From Histomonas meleagridis 2922-C6/04-290x (Eukaryota > Protista > Parabasalia), in assembly GCA_020184695.1 (NCBI GenBank), contig JAANOX010000153.1, forward strand, positions 372,001 to 436,000: a stretch of 64,000 nucleotides of DNA, in the 5' to 3' direction. The notes beneath the pieces are model-generated. The model did no database searches, was not told where the DNA came from, and saw only the letters and a program-made list of their open reading frames with translations. Below, piece after piece: positions 35,972 through 47,561 of this stretch (the first letter of the stretch is position 1; every line of letters begins with the position of its first letter). Made by a program: the position numbers and the translations under genes.

Positions 35972-36880
35972 TCATTGTAATGATTCATAGCTTTCAAATA
36001 TTGTAAAGTGCAACAGAAGGTTTTCGTCAATGCTGAGAACAGCACTTGAGTTCATTGTTCCACAGTAATTCGATGCAGAGAACACAGTTATTACGCACCC
36101 ATTCTTCCCAAACGGAAAAGCGCATCCATCAGGACAAAACTCGTGACTCCTAATCAGCAATGTCAAATTATTTTTTTTCAGAAAAGATTCTGCTTCTCTC
36201 TTTCCAAACAAAAACGAAACCCCACGAGGAGATGGGATAAAACCACTAATGTCTTCACTGGGATCAGACCATAGAAAATCTGTGACGATTGGAGAATCGT
36301 TAATGTTGAGTGGACGTGGCTCATCGGCAAGCGACCTAATGTCACAATTTTTTCTGCTTATCCCACCATGGACACAAAAAATAGTATTTGCAACAATTGC
36401 CCCGAATGGCATTGAATCAAATACATTAAGTAAAATTGGATATATATTAAAACCATACCTACGAATGCATTCATCTCTGAGACCATATGCAGAAGAAATA
36501 TCTTCAGTTTCATGGTTTCCACGAAGAAGAAATATATTATTTGGATATAAAATTTTGAGAGTCAGAAGAAATACTATGTTTTCAATTGATTGTGAACCTC
36601 TGTCAACGTAGTCACCGAGGAATAAAAATTTTTTGTCAGACGGATTTCCAAGAACATCAAATATTCTTAAAGTATCCGTAAACTCCCCATGTGTATCGCC
36701 ACATATGGTTAATGGTGGATCTAATGTAAGTATTGATTTTTCACTGAGAAGAATTTCAATTGCTTTATTGCATAATTTTATGATGTAAGATTCTGGAATG
36801 TAAACAAACGGAAAGTATTTGATTCTGTTTTTACACCCTATTAAGAGGTTCAGCATCCCAACAGGATCAAAATCTTCCAT
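35972..36880 (-). CDS. PPP-family Ser/Thr protein phosphatase (PP1-like)
   Basis: GDTHG, GDYVDRG, RGNHE, HGG, WSDP, IRSHE, SASNYCG. Confidence 0.93.
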   Translation of the reverse strand: MEDFDPVGMLNLLIGCKNRIKYFPFVYIPESYIIKLCNKAIEILLSEKSILTLDPPLTICGDTHGEFTDTLRIFDVLGNPSDKKFLFLGDYVDRGSQSIENIVFLLTLKILYPNNIFLLRGNHETEDISSAYGLRDECIRRYGFNIYPILLNVFDSMPFGAIVANTIFCVHGGISRKNCDIRSLADEPRPLNINDSPIVTDFLWSDPSEDISGFIPSPRGVSFLFGKREAESFLKKNNLTLLIRSHEFCPDGCAFPFGKNGCVITVFSASNYCGTMNSSAVLSIDENLLLHFTIFESYESLQ

Positions 36881-37379
36881 TTTTTTGAAGGAACAATTCA
36901 CTGAAGACGTTAAACGGAAATGTTACCTGAAATAAGTTTTTATGCTTTTAATCGACAAGTTCAACATTTCCATATTTTGTCGAAAAAATAAGGCGATCAT
37001 ATGAAAATTGAAATTCTTTATGACTTTTTATGAGAAATGAATTACCTGTTACTATTTAATGTTGGAATAATTTTATACTTTTCACAAAGATATTTAAAGA
37101 TATTATTTGATAATTATTTTTATTTTCATGTTACTTTTCTAATTTTTTAGAAAATTGAAGTATATATTAAAATCTTTTCTTTTTGCAGAAATTAATTGAC
37201 ATTAAATTAAAAAAAAGAGAATATATCAATTTTCATCGAATAAAGAAAATATTGATCGCATTGATTCACTAGTGTTATCAATGTTCAAATTGAAAATAAT
37301 TTTTTCAGTTGAAACTAACTTTGAAATTTCTTCTTGCACCAAAATAGTAAAAGTAAAGTATACAAAAATTGGTAAAAAA

Positions 37380-37964
37380 ATGAGCGAAAGAAAGTTAGAT
37401 GAAGAATTCCCTTCTTTGTCTTCCATCCAAAAGAAAGCGCCTTCTAGCCCACAGGCAAGCCCACAAAAATCACCACCGCCTCCTAAAAAAACACCCCCAC
37501 CTGATTTTGAAATCAAATCAGCAGAAAGCCTTATGAAATCAAGTGTTACTCAACAGGACTTTTGCCACGCACTACTTTCATCAATGAATCTAATTCCAGA
37601 TCCACCTTATGATAAAAATCAAGATAAATCAAATCCAAATCCAAAATCTTATCCTCGTGATCCATACCTCAAATTAACACAACCAGAGTTCTTTAAGAAG
37701 CATGACATTCAAACACTTTTTTTCATTTTTTTCTATTATCCTGGAACGACTCAGCAATATTTTGCAGCACAAGAACTTAAAAATAGGCATTGGATATACC
37801 ATCTCAAATATCAAACATGGTTTCACCGCCTTTCAAATCCAACAGAAAAAACAGATACTTATGTTATTGCTGAATATGAATATTTTGACCATAGCACTAG
37901 TGAAGGATGGTGCATCCGAAAGAGACCAAATTTCAAACTTGAGCTTGAAAACACAGAAAAATAA
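37380..37964 (+). CDS. NOT2/NOT3/NOT5 family (CCR4-NOT) subunit
   Basis: TLFFIFFYYPGTTQQYFAAQELKNRHWIYHLKYQTWF NOT-box. Confidence 0.88.
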   Translation: MSERKLDEEFPSLSSIQKKAPSSPQASPQKSPPPPKKTPPPDFEIKSAESLMKSSVTQQDFCHALLSSMNLIPDPPYDKNQDKSNPNPKSYPRDPYLKLTQPEFFKKHDIQTLFFIFFYYPGTTQQYFAAQELKNRHWIYHLKYQTWFHRLSNPTEKTDTYVIAEYEYFDHSTSEGWCIRKRPNFKLELENTEK

Positions 37965-37988
37965 ACAGTGTTGTCAAAATATTTTTAA

Positions 37989-38345
37989 TTAATAAAAACG
38001 ATTTCTGATTGTTGCTGCATAAGACCTATCTCGAAGAACTCCTGCATACCCATCTGCATTTCCTCTCACCTTTCTTTGATCCAAGAAAATTGGTGAATTT
38101 GCAAGCATATCAGGAACAACAACAAATAATATGCTTGAACCACGGATGTAAACAGTGTCAAGATGTGTATCAACTCCATCTAAATTTGTATAAGTTACAT
38201 CTTTTAATTCACAATTCATATTGTCTTCTGAGCCTTCTAAAATTCCTCTATATAACTCACCCGTCTTGAGTTCTATTGTTACTGTAAAACCATCAGCCTC
38301 ATGTAGAAGAATAATTGGAACTCCAAATTCAACATGATCGCTCAT
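37989..38345 (-). CDS. SmD3: Sm protein D3
   Basis: GVPIILLHEA, TIELKTGELYRG, EDNMN, YIRGSSI, VPDML. Confidence 0.92.
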   Translation of the reverse strand: MSDHVEFGVPIILLHEADGFTVTIELKTGELYRGILEGSEDNMNCELKDVTYTNLDGVDTHLDTVYIRGSSILFVVVPDMLANSPIFLDQRKVRGNADGYAGVLRDRSYAATIRNRFY

Positions 38346-38460
38346 CAGACTAGTTTTTTGTGCCAAAAAAATTCTGAACTTTTAATAATGACACTTGAAA
38401 ACCGGTTTGATAAGTACGATTTGCATAAAGTATACAATAAACTTTTTGAACGTATAGCGT

Positions 38461-39537
38461 ATGACCGTTAGTCAGCAAATTTTAATGGTCGAAAAATTTC
38501 CAACAGAAGAAGAGATTGCAGCAGCTCTTGCATGTTATTCTGGTGACCTCTATAACATGGCTGATGTAATGGATTTTTTAAATATTACAGATATTTTCAA
38601 ACCCAATACCACCAGATTAATTGCTTGGCTTGTTTCCCTTCATCTTATTAGGCCTGATCGTGTTCATTGGATAACAGAAATCAAACAACTTACGCATTAT
38701 TATCAACGATGCCTTGAACGATTTTTTGACGAAGAAACACTTAAAAAGCCGCTTTTTACCACTAAACCAGAGCAAGGTGAACCCATAGAACAAACTATAA
38801 CAGAAGTTTATCCATGGTTTGAGAAATTTGCACTTTGCTGTGGCATTGATGAACGCTTTATCTCCGAAGCACCATTTCGTGTCAAGCGTATCTTAGCCAC
38901 TCTTTGTCACGATGTTCCTAAATTCAAATATTCACCAATTTACAAATACATTGGTTACATTTCATATCTTATACCTTTATCATATGTTCAAAAAGGATCA
39001 CTTCCTATTTCCTTTGCAGAAGGTGTTGGCTACCATCTTACCCGATCCATTATTTCACTTGTATCATTCCATAAAAATCTTGATGATCGAGGAATATCCG
39101 AAGATCATAAAACAGAACTTATCAGAATATTTAAACGATTTGACCACAAAACTTACGATCTCATGGTCAACGCTAAAATCAATATCCTCGAGTTCAGCCT
39201 CGTCTGGGAGCGGACACTTTTTGTGGAACTTCACGCGCCACTTAACGTTCTCCTCATTTGGGACAATCTTTTCTTCCATTCACACGACTATAGAAACTAC
39301 GTACGGTATCTCCTTGTGGCGCATTTTCGTCAGATGGGACGTGCTAAAATAGATTTCACATCCGACGAAAGTATTGATAATATGATGTGGGATGCAACCG
39401 AAATTGTTGAAGATACTGATAAATTGATACACGATGATAAAGTATCCGAAAAGGAAATATATATGCAAATGTTTTGTCCTTGTTATCAGTTTATGCAATT
39501 CTTCAAACAGCCGCTTTTTGGATGGAGAAGAAAATAA
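38461..39537 (+). CDS. Divergent Rab-GAP TBC-domain-like protein
   Basis: IAWLVSL...W, RILATL, WERTLF...LLIWDNLF resemble the TBC fold. Confidence 0.55.
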   Translation: MTVSQQILMVEKFPTEEEIAAALACYSGDLYNMADVMDFLNITDIFKPNTTRLIAWLVSLHLIRPDRVHWITEIKQLTHYYQRCLERFFDEETLKKPLFTTKPEQGEPIEQTITEVYPWFEKFALCCGIDERFISEAPFRVKRILATLCHDVPKFKYSPIYKYIGYISYLIPLSYVQKGSLPISFAEGVGYHLTRSIISLVSFHKNLDDRGISEDHKTELIRIFKRFDHKTYDLMVNAKINILEFSLVWERTLFVELHAPLNVLLIWDNLFFHSHDYRNYVRYLLVAHFRQMGRAKIDFTSDESIDNMMWDATEIVEDTDKLIHDDKVSEKEIYMQMFCPCYQFMQFFKQPLFGWRRK

Positions 39538-40394
39538 ATTCATATTATAAGTAAAAAATATTTAAATTTATGACATTAACATAACATATGTGAGAAACAA
39601 AGAATTATTAATTTTTTAAAATATGAAGTTAATACAGCAGTACTTTTAGTTTTTAAATCATATCGCTGATTCATATTTGAATTATTCGGTTATTAATGCC
39701 TGTAACTGATCTAATAAAATTATATTCTAAAAACATGATAAATTTTTACTATTATTACAAACAACTGTGAGTACTATTGTACTTCAGCGATTCTTGTTAT
39801 ATTATTAAACTTTAAACACAAGTTTGCACTAACTATATTAGAATTATTAAAATTTCTTGAAATTAGAAACATTCGGTTCGCACTGGATTTAGTGAATATT
39901 ACTAAGATTCCTAAATGAAAATATCAATCATTTAATAGGATTTCTTATTAAATTTAAAATTATTTCTTTCTGAAAAGTGACACTTTAAGGAAACTCAAAG
40001 CATAGAATCTATTAATATTATTAATACTACAAAAACTATATATTAAACTCGACTTGCGATTTTGTACGAACGTATAGCGATCTTGATATTATGAATATAT
40101 AATATACATACATGCAACTATGATTAATATAAATCTAAAAATAATATCATAATTAGCATGAGATAAATTTATTCTTCATTATATTTTGGATTTTGTTAAA
40201 TTTTGTAAATTCTCATTATTCTAAAAAACAATATCATTTAATTCACAAATTTAAAATTGAAAAATATAAAATAAGTTGTATAAACTATTATAATATTATA
40301 AGATCATAATTATACTGAATTTTTTATAAATAGCTTTATAAAACATCATATGGAAATTATTTATTATCCTTTATATGATGTAAAATGAAATAAT

Positions 40395-40564
40395 ACTTTT
40401 GGCATTGAATTCGATTATTCTTTTTGCAAGAAGTAATTTAGCCATAAGTGTATGACCTTTTTCAGAAGTTATCATATGTTCTGTTATAAATTATTGTAAG
40501 AATTTCCAAATATTTGTGTAAATTCCACTATCTAATCATAACATTAATTTTTATAAAATTTAAC
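40395..40564 (-). pseudogene. Orphan 30-codon ankyrin module with the 3' half of the 80-nt spacer in exact register
   Basis: AATATTTGGAAATTCTTACAATAATTTATA|ACA GAA CAT ATG... = TEHMITSEKGHTLMAKLLLAKRIIEFNAKS. GG-to-ACA distance is 23 nt, as in the main array. Confidence 0.75.
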
Positions 40565-40893
40565 AATTTTCATAATTTACGCAAAGCAGATATAATTATA
40601 AATGCGAATTACTTTGGAAATATCCTGCAAAATCACATTGTTTAATCATTTTCAGATGTGTATGGTTATATTGTTGTTCAATTTTTCAATAAAACTCAAT
40701 CGAATGAATATATTAGCATATTAATATTGTTACAATATTTATAGTTAATTGATATTTTCCTTTCAGAAAATTTTTTTATTTTTTTTAAAAATTATTTTCA
40801 TTATTTAAATATTGAACAAAATTTCTGCCTACGTCACTCCAAAGCAATTCATTGTTTATATTCAAAGGAAATATACAAAATAATTTCAGTTAA

Positions 40894-43800
40894 CTAATTG
40901 TTTACTTGTTTTCCTTGATCCAGAACTCTTACTTCTGATTCGGGAATTCCCTGAACTTGCGCAATTTTCGCAACCAGCTGTGCGTTCGACATTCCCGGCT
41001 CAAGTTCGACGTCGATAATTCTTCCAGTTGTCGTTTTAACCTGAATAACTCTTCCTCTTGTTTGCTGCTGATTATCATTACCAAACAAAATTGGCGAAAT
41101 TTGAGTAAATATTTCGAGAACAGAATCAGCTGAAGACTCAGAGAGACACTTCTTCACTTCGTTTGTTACCATTTGTTTCACTTCGGTTCTTACGTTCTTC
41201 CATTTGGATATACTGTAAAGATGTTCTATAGTAAAGTTGGACTTCAATGAGTTATAAATTTCATTACCGAATTCGACTTTAGTTTCATTTCCTAACAACA
41301 CTAAGAAATGTTTTAATGCTTCTGACTTATTATCTAATTCCTTAGCGAAATTCATAAAATGTTCATTACCTATAACATTAATTGTATCTCTAAAGCAAAT
41401 AAAATTATCAGTTAACACAAGTAATGGTTGAATTGTTTCATTAATCTTCTTACATATTGAAGAAAGCCTTTGTAAGTCATTTGATTTATTTTCTTTAAAC
41501 TTATGTACAACTTCTTCATTTAATGCATTGCTAATGATTTTATATGGTTTTGTTGAACGACGACTCCATTCTAATGATACATTAGTAATTGGATTATTAT
41601 TACCAAGAATTGATACTAATTGTTCTTTAGCAATTGCATTAAATTCATTTTGAAGAGATTTAAATGAAGAAACAAATGAATCGATCAAAGATGAATTAAC
41701 TGAACTTGCGCATAATGTAACACAAAACTTAAACAGTTGTTCACTAAGTTCAAGTAATGAATTACCATTTAATTTATTAGTTATAAATGGAATAATTGTT
41801 TCTTGAAGTGTTGAAGCTTCGATATTAATTGATGGTAATATTTCGATTGCATATTCCACCATGAAACTATCACTTGAATTTAATGCTTGACAAATGAATT
41901 TAGTGATGAAATATTCATATAATGATTTCCATTCATTTGATCCATTTTTAATATTAGAAAATCCGTCAATGTTAATATCAACTTTCATATCGGATATAAT
42001 TTGATTCATTCCAATTGCTCTACGTGCAATTTGTTTGTTGATTAATATTCCCGAAATTACAGTTAACTCATTTGGATATTTAGAATAACAAATTTCTAAT
42101 GCATCACATAATTGTTTTGATGATTTTGTTGGTGTTGAACCAATGTTATATAAATTAATATAATATTGTGCAACTGATGAGAAAATTGATTGAGAAACTA
42201 TTAAAGAATTTGAATTTGTTGCTGCAAATGTAATGAAATCAATACAATATTGTGGCGCTTCAACTAATCCAATGATATTATTATCAAGACATAATTTAAA
42301 TAATGAAGATAAACCATTTTCATTAATTTTACAATTTGATGATTGTGCAATATCAATTAAATTCTTTATAAACGAAATTCTGTCTTTAACAGAATATATA
42401 ACTTGTGGAACAATATTTTGTATTAAATTAGAGAAAAGTGGACTTGATAATATCTTTGATATTAACTTAATGTCATTATTAAGTAATGCTCTTCGAATGA
42501 ATACATCAAATGTAGAAGCAGAAAAATGAATATCATATTCTGTAAGTGGACAAAGTAATGAAAATTGTTCTGAAATCTTCGGCCAAATAGAATTACGACG
42601 TTTATGACATAATTCTTGGAAAATTTTGGTTGATTTAGTATAAATTGATTGACGTGACTTTGTTTGCATAACAAATGTTTCAAATAATTTAATAAGGAAT
42701 TCATCACTTAAAACAGGTGTTATTAATGTAACAAAATTGGTCAAATTTTCGTTTAGAAATATTTGATCAGTTGGAATTGATTCTAATGCTTTAGCAACTT
42801 TAAGATATGGTTTATATATTAATTGTTCATTTTGAGGTTTTAGTACAGTTTCAATATATTTTGGTTTTGGTATTTTTTGTGGTTTTATTAATTCATTTTC
42901 TGAATGGAAATCAAGTAATTTATTTTCGGCATTATGTAAATCTAAAGTTTTTTGATTTTTATTTTGGATTAATTTTGCTTCAGTTTCTATTTCATTTCGA
43001 AGAAGTTTTCTTGATTTATCTCTAAATTCAAATGCAATTGGTGTCTTAATATTTAATTTGAATGTAATTAATGGTGGATCAAATAAAATAGTTGTATTAT
43101 TTCCATGATAAAAGTCATATAATTGAAGAGTTTTAATTAATTCAAATAAATTTGATGATGAAAATAATTTATAATCAGTTGAAATAGATTTGAAGAATTC
43201 ATAATTTGTTTTAGAGAGTTCAATTTTAGGATTCAAACTCAATTCTTCAATTTTTACATCTAAATCATCAAATGTTGGTTGCCTTAATTCAATATTAATA
43301 ACATCCGCTAAAGATTTCTTTAAAAATGTTTGAAATTGTATTAAAAAAGCAATTGATGGCTTCTCAGAATTTACTGGTTTTTGTACTGTTTGAATTTTTT
43401 TATAAAAGAATTCTAAACATTTTACATATGATAAGCCACCAATTTTAACTTTGGGTGTTCTCATTATTTCTTCATAATTTAATAATATTTTTGGATCAAT
43501 AACTTCTATTTGTTGATATTGAGAAGTTTCACCAATTTTAATATGTGAAACTTTTGTTTTCGATAATGCGTTAACTAATGTTTTAACATATGTTTTGTAA
43601 TCGGTTCTATTAAGAGGATAAACTCTAGTAAATAATGGAGGAACATTCTTTTGTATTCCTGTAATTGTTGCAATTGATTGTGCATAAGGTAAAACTAATT
43701 CCAAAACATATGATGCAGTTTCATCTAAATGTGGTAATTCTTCACAATAACTTGTGCATATTAAAGAAAGAATTACTTTATGTATTTGTACAAATTTCAT

Positions 43801-45645
43801 TCTTTGAAGGATTTTGTTATATAATAAAGTTGCATATTTTTTAGAGCCATAAACAAGTGAACCAACTTCCATCGATATTGGAGTACAAACAACTTCAGAG
43901 AGTAATGTCATTTGGAATGATTCATTTTCAGAATGATAAACTTTTAATAAAAGTTCACACATACGAATATGTGAATCAATTGCTTTTTTCATATATTCTT
44001 TATCATTTAAGAATAATGAATCAATTAATAATTCCATTGTATTTCTTAATAAGAATTCATATCCATCATCAAGTAAACTTGTTTTAGATTCCCAAAACTT
44101 ACATGTTAATATTTTATATTCAGATAAATGTATTTTTTCTCCATTAGAATTAGTAACAAAACAATGTTCATCAACTTTTACATCATTATCTTTTATAATT
44201 AATTGCGTTTTCCTTGGTGATGAAAGTTGAAGAATAGGTGCGGATAATGCTGTAACACCTGCAACTTTAACCCAATCAGCAAAATCGTCACTTAATGGAT
44301 CTCTAACTGATGCAGCAATTAATTTATCCCTTAAATCCTGATCAATGAAATTTAATACACTTCGATAACCATCACGTGTTCCTTCAAATGCTGGTAAAGA
44401 ACTAACAGGAAATGTTTGATATGTTGCCCATAAATTTGGTATTAAACGAAGAAGGAGATCACTATATTTACGAACATCGACTTGAACAATACTTTCGCGT
44501 GCATCGAAAACAGCATTAATTGTATTAGTTATAATTGTAATTGCTTCATCAAATGAAAGTAATGAAAATGTTTGACTTGTATTAGGTTTTAATGTATCAA
44601 TAACTTTTTGGAATAAAGTTGCTTGTTCTAAATCAATGAAATAATGTATTACGTTTTCGTTTAATTTCTTAAGTAAATATTGCCAAAACGATTCATAACG
44701 ACCTCCAAGTTGACGCATTTTATGGACTTCAAATGATAAATTATTATCAGTCATCATTTGGATGGAAAGATCCTTTAGAACATGTTGTTTGGAATCGCCA
44801 TTTAATTCAAGTTCACATGCAGGTAAGAAATAAGAATTAACTAATTCTTCTTTCTTTAGATATTGATTTAATGTATAAAAAACACCTTTTGGATTCGATG
44901 TTATTATTGATAAAACATTATCAGGATGTTGCTCATGAAATGGTACTTTAATTAACATTTGACGAATTTCAATGATTTTCTTTTGATTTAAATCTTTAAT
45001 AATGTTTAACTTAGTTGGATGCGAATCTTTTTTCAAACTTTTTTCAAGAACTGATAATAAAACAGGTAAAACATCATCGCGTTTTTTGAAAGCAGAAAAA
45101 GGAAATGAATTAATGTCATATTCAGTTGCAAATGGTGGAATTTTAGCAACTGGAAGTTTAACTGTTGTTTTATCAAAATCAAGCAATGTTTGAAATATTG
45201 GTTCTAAAATAGAAATAGGTAATAATGGAACAACATTTGAAAATTGACTTAAAACCCAAGAGTGTTGTTGAACATTTAGAAAACATTCATGAATTGCAGA
45301 AATTTCTTCCTCTGATGGATGCTTTCTAAGTTTTACTAATATGTCTGATTGTATTTGGGTTATGTCAAGAACAGCAATTAATACAGATTTCGGCATTTTT
45401 GATAATTGTTCGCATGTAAAAGAGAATGATTCACTAGGAATAGAGCCATTTAATTCCAATATAGCTTGAAGAAGTTCTTCCCATTTTTCAGATCCAACTA
45501 GATAATCAACCAAATAATGACGTTGAGAAATTGGCTGAGATATTTTTTGAGATGTTTGCAATTGTGTTGTTCCATTATTTCGAGAATCTTTAGTTTCTCC
45601 TTCATCACGTACTATATAAAAATCACGTCGGGTTGCAGATTTCAT
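40894..45645 (-). CDS. 1583-aa hypothetical helical protein with C-terminal ubiquitin-like domain
   Basis: Long intact ORF; ends VIQVKTTTGRIIDVELEPGMSNAQLVAKIAQVQGIPESEVRVLDQGKQVNN. Confidence 0.8.
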   Translation of the reverse strand: MKSATRRDFYIVRDEGETKDSRNNGTTQLQTSQKISQPISQRHYLVDYLVGSEKWEELLQAILELNGSIPSESFSFTCEQLSKMPKSVLIAVLDITQIQSDILVKLRKHPSEEEISAIHECFLNVQQHSWVLSQFSNVVPLLPISILEPIFQTLLDFDKTTVKLPVAKIPPFATEYDINSFPFSAFKKRDDVLPVLLSVLEKSLKKDSHPTKLNIIKDLNQKKIIEIRQMLIKVPFHEQHPDNVLSIITSNPKGVFYTLNQYLKKEELVNSYFLPACELELNGDSKQHVLKDLSIQMMTDNNLSFEVHKMRQLGGRYESFWQYLLKKLNENVIHYFIDLEQATLFQKVIDTLKPNTSQTFSLLSFDEAITIITNTINAVFDARESIVQVDVRKYSDLLLRLIPNLWATYQTFPVSSLPAFEGTRDGYRSVLNFIDQDLRDKLIAASVRDPLSDDFADWVKVAGVTALSAPILQLSSPRKTQLIIKDNDVKVDEHCFVTNSNGEKIHLSEYKILTCKFWESKTSLLDDGYEFLLRNTMELLIDSLFLNDKEYMKKAIDSHIRMCELLLKVYHSENESFQMTLLSEVVCTPISMEVGSLVYGSKKYATLLYNKILQRMKFVQIHKVILSLICTSYCEELPHLDETASYVLELVLPYAQSIATITGIQKNVPPLFTRVYPLNRTDYKTYVKTLVNALSKTKVSHIKIGETSQYQQIEVIDPKILLNYEEIMRTPKVKIGGLSYVKCLEFFYKKIQTVQKPVNSEKPSIAFLIQFQTFLKKSLADVINIELRQPTFDDLDVKIEELSLNPKIELSKTNYEFFKSISTDYKLFSSSNLFELIKTLQLYDFYHGNNTTILFDPPLITFKLNIKTPIAFEFRDKSRKLLRNEIETEAKLIQNKNQKTLDLHNAENKLLDFHSENELIKPQKIPKPKYIETVLKPQNEQLIYKPYLKVAKALESIPTDQIFLNENLTNFVTLITPVLSDEFLIKLFETFVMQTKSRQSIYTKSTKIFQELCHKRRNSIWPKISEQFSLLCPLTEYDIHFSASTFDVFIRRALLNNDIKLISKILSSPLFSNLIQNIVPQVIYSVKDRISFIKNLIDIAQSSNCKINENGLSSLFKLCLDNNIIGLVEAPQYCIDFITFAATNSNSLIVSQSIFSSVAQYYINLYNIGSTPTKSSKQLCDALEICYSKYPNELTVISGILINKQIARRAIGMNQIISDMKVDINIDGFSNIKNGSNEWKSLYEYFITKFICQALNSSDSFMVEYAIEILPSINIEASTLQETIIPFITNKLNGNSLLELSEQLFKFCVTLCASSVNSSLIDSFVSSFKSLQNEFNAIAKEQLVSILGNNNPITNVSLEWSRRSTKPYKIISNALNEEVVHKFKENKSNDLQRLSSICKKINETIQPLLVLTDNFICFRDTINVIGNEHFMNFAKELDNKSEALKHFLVLLGNETKVEFGNEIYNSLKSNFTIEHLYSISKWKNVRTEVKQMVTNEVKKCLSESSADSVLEIFTQISPILFGNDNQQQTRGRVIQVKTTTGRIIDVELEPGMSNAQLVAKIAQVQGIPESEVRVLDQGKQVNN

Positions 45646-46157
45646 TGATTTCTTTTAAGTTACAAGTTTTAAAATCTGGTGTGAAATGTTTTCTATCGTT
45701 TCGAATTCAATTTTGCAATTGATTGAAAATTCCATTTATAAAATTGTTTGTATGAGATGATTCAAAAAGTGAATTTTACAACGAGTGATAGAAAATTTTA
45801 TATGAGATTTATCAAAAAGTGGACGTTGGGCTGATTTTCTCTCCTGTTCACTTTTTGATATAACGTTGGCAAGCCGGAATACAAAAAGTTGATGGTATAA
45901 ACTTATCAAAAAGTTGAGAATGTGGATGAAATAAAAGATCGCTGGGTAAATGAATCTAAAAGTTACTAAGACGTTTATCTCGTTTAAAAATTATGGTTGT
46001 ATAATAGGATTAATCCTTATTGGAGATTTTCGACAAACGATAAAAAATATCTCATATTCCGCAAACAATATATTAATGAATGCATTAAAATTTACATATA
46101 ATCAAATTGCCAATATATCATATTGTAAATCGTCAGAATATAATTTTTATACTAATA

Positions 46158-47369
46158 AAGCCTGATCAAAAAAATTGTTCCACCAATTTGATAGGGTACC
46201 GTTTATTTTATCAAACATGGAATACAAGATGCCAGAATCTATGATAAAGAATCGTTTGGAAATCATTCAGCTGATATCCCAAGGATGAACAATACCCAAA
46301 TTTCCAGGGAAACTGGGCATTGTCGAAAATTTGTGAGAAAAGTTAGAAATGATTTAAATATAAAACTGTATTTACTCAAACTACTCCAATTGGATGACCA
46401 TCTATTGTAAATGATGCCACTATCGATAGAGTCAACAGCATGACACTAAATAATAGAAGAATGGGAACAAGAACAATTTCCAATATCCTCTCAGAAACAA
46501 GTCCTATTAATAATTATTAGACTGTTTACAACATCCGGAAGAGCCAAGGATTCATCTATCTTCCACCCCGCAATACCTTATTTCTAACTGATTATCAAAA
46601 GCAAGATCGAATAAATTTTGCTCAATTTCATATCCAAAATGGAACTGATTGGAAAAAAGTATTGTTTGTTGATGAATCTTATTTTTATTTGAACGATAGC
46701 CATAGGTGGCTTTGGAGAAGGCGAGGGGAAGTTTGTGATGATATTTTTAATCATCATAGAAAGTTCACCCTCAAAGTTTTAATGTTTGGTGGAATCAACT
46801 ATGAGTACGAAACATTATTAATTGCTGTCCAGAGTAATGTCAACTCTGATGTATACATTAATGATTGCATAATCAATACAAATATGATTGAAGGTATGAA
46901 CAAGCTATATGGAGACTATGAATTGTTTCTTTTTTAAGATGGAGCCACTTCGCATACCAGCAAAAAGACAACTGAGTTTTTAAAGAATAAGTGCAAAGTC
47001 ATCGAAAACTGGCCAGCGAACTCACCTGACTTTAACGTTATCGAGAATATGTGGTCTATCTTGAAGTACAAGGTAGAAGCACTTTCACCTAAATCTGTAG
47101 ATCAATTAATCGAAATTGCATTTTCTTTATGGAATGAAATTGATGATAACACCATTAAGAACTTGGTGGATTCGATGCCAAATAGGCTTCAGGAAGTTAT
47201 AAATCACCAAGGAGGGCCTAATGGTTACTGAGTAAAGTTCTAAAACGATATGGTAGACCACTTGATTAGTAAACATCACAAAATAGTGTTAAAAAAAGAT
47301 GTTTCACCCTGCATTCAATATTTGAGACGTTTGAATGGGGAAGGTAAAACAACTTTTCTGATCAGGTTA
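46158..47369 (+). mobile_element. Degenerate Tc1/mariner-superfamily (DD34E) DNA transposon, ~1.2 kb
   Basis: VLFVDESYF, (Q>stop)DGATSH and WPANSPDFNVIEN with 34 residues between D and E. Imperfect TIRs CCTGATCAaAAAatTGTT / CCTGATCAgAAAagTTGTT, each flanked by TA. Stops and frameshifts in the transposase. Confidence 0.88.
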
Positions 47370-47521
47370 TAGAATAGTTGATTTTAATACAAAAATGATT
47401 TCATTCATTTTGGTTATTTTTCGACTTTAGTTCAGGGTTTACAAAATATATCAATTAGAGTAATAGAATAATAAGGTTATATGCACATTCCCCAGACACC
47501 TACATCACATATCAATATATA

Positions 47522-47561
47522 CCGATATCACTTTTTGTTGACATTCAAAAAGTGATATCGG
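47522..47561. repeat. Perfect 16-bp inverted repeat with 8-nt loop
   Basis: CCGATATCACTTTTTG-TTGACATT-CAAAAAGTGATATCGG. Confidence 0.9.
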
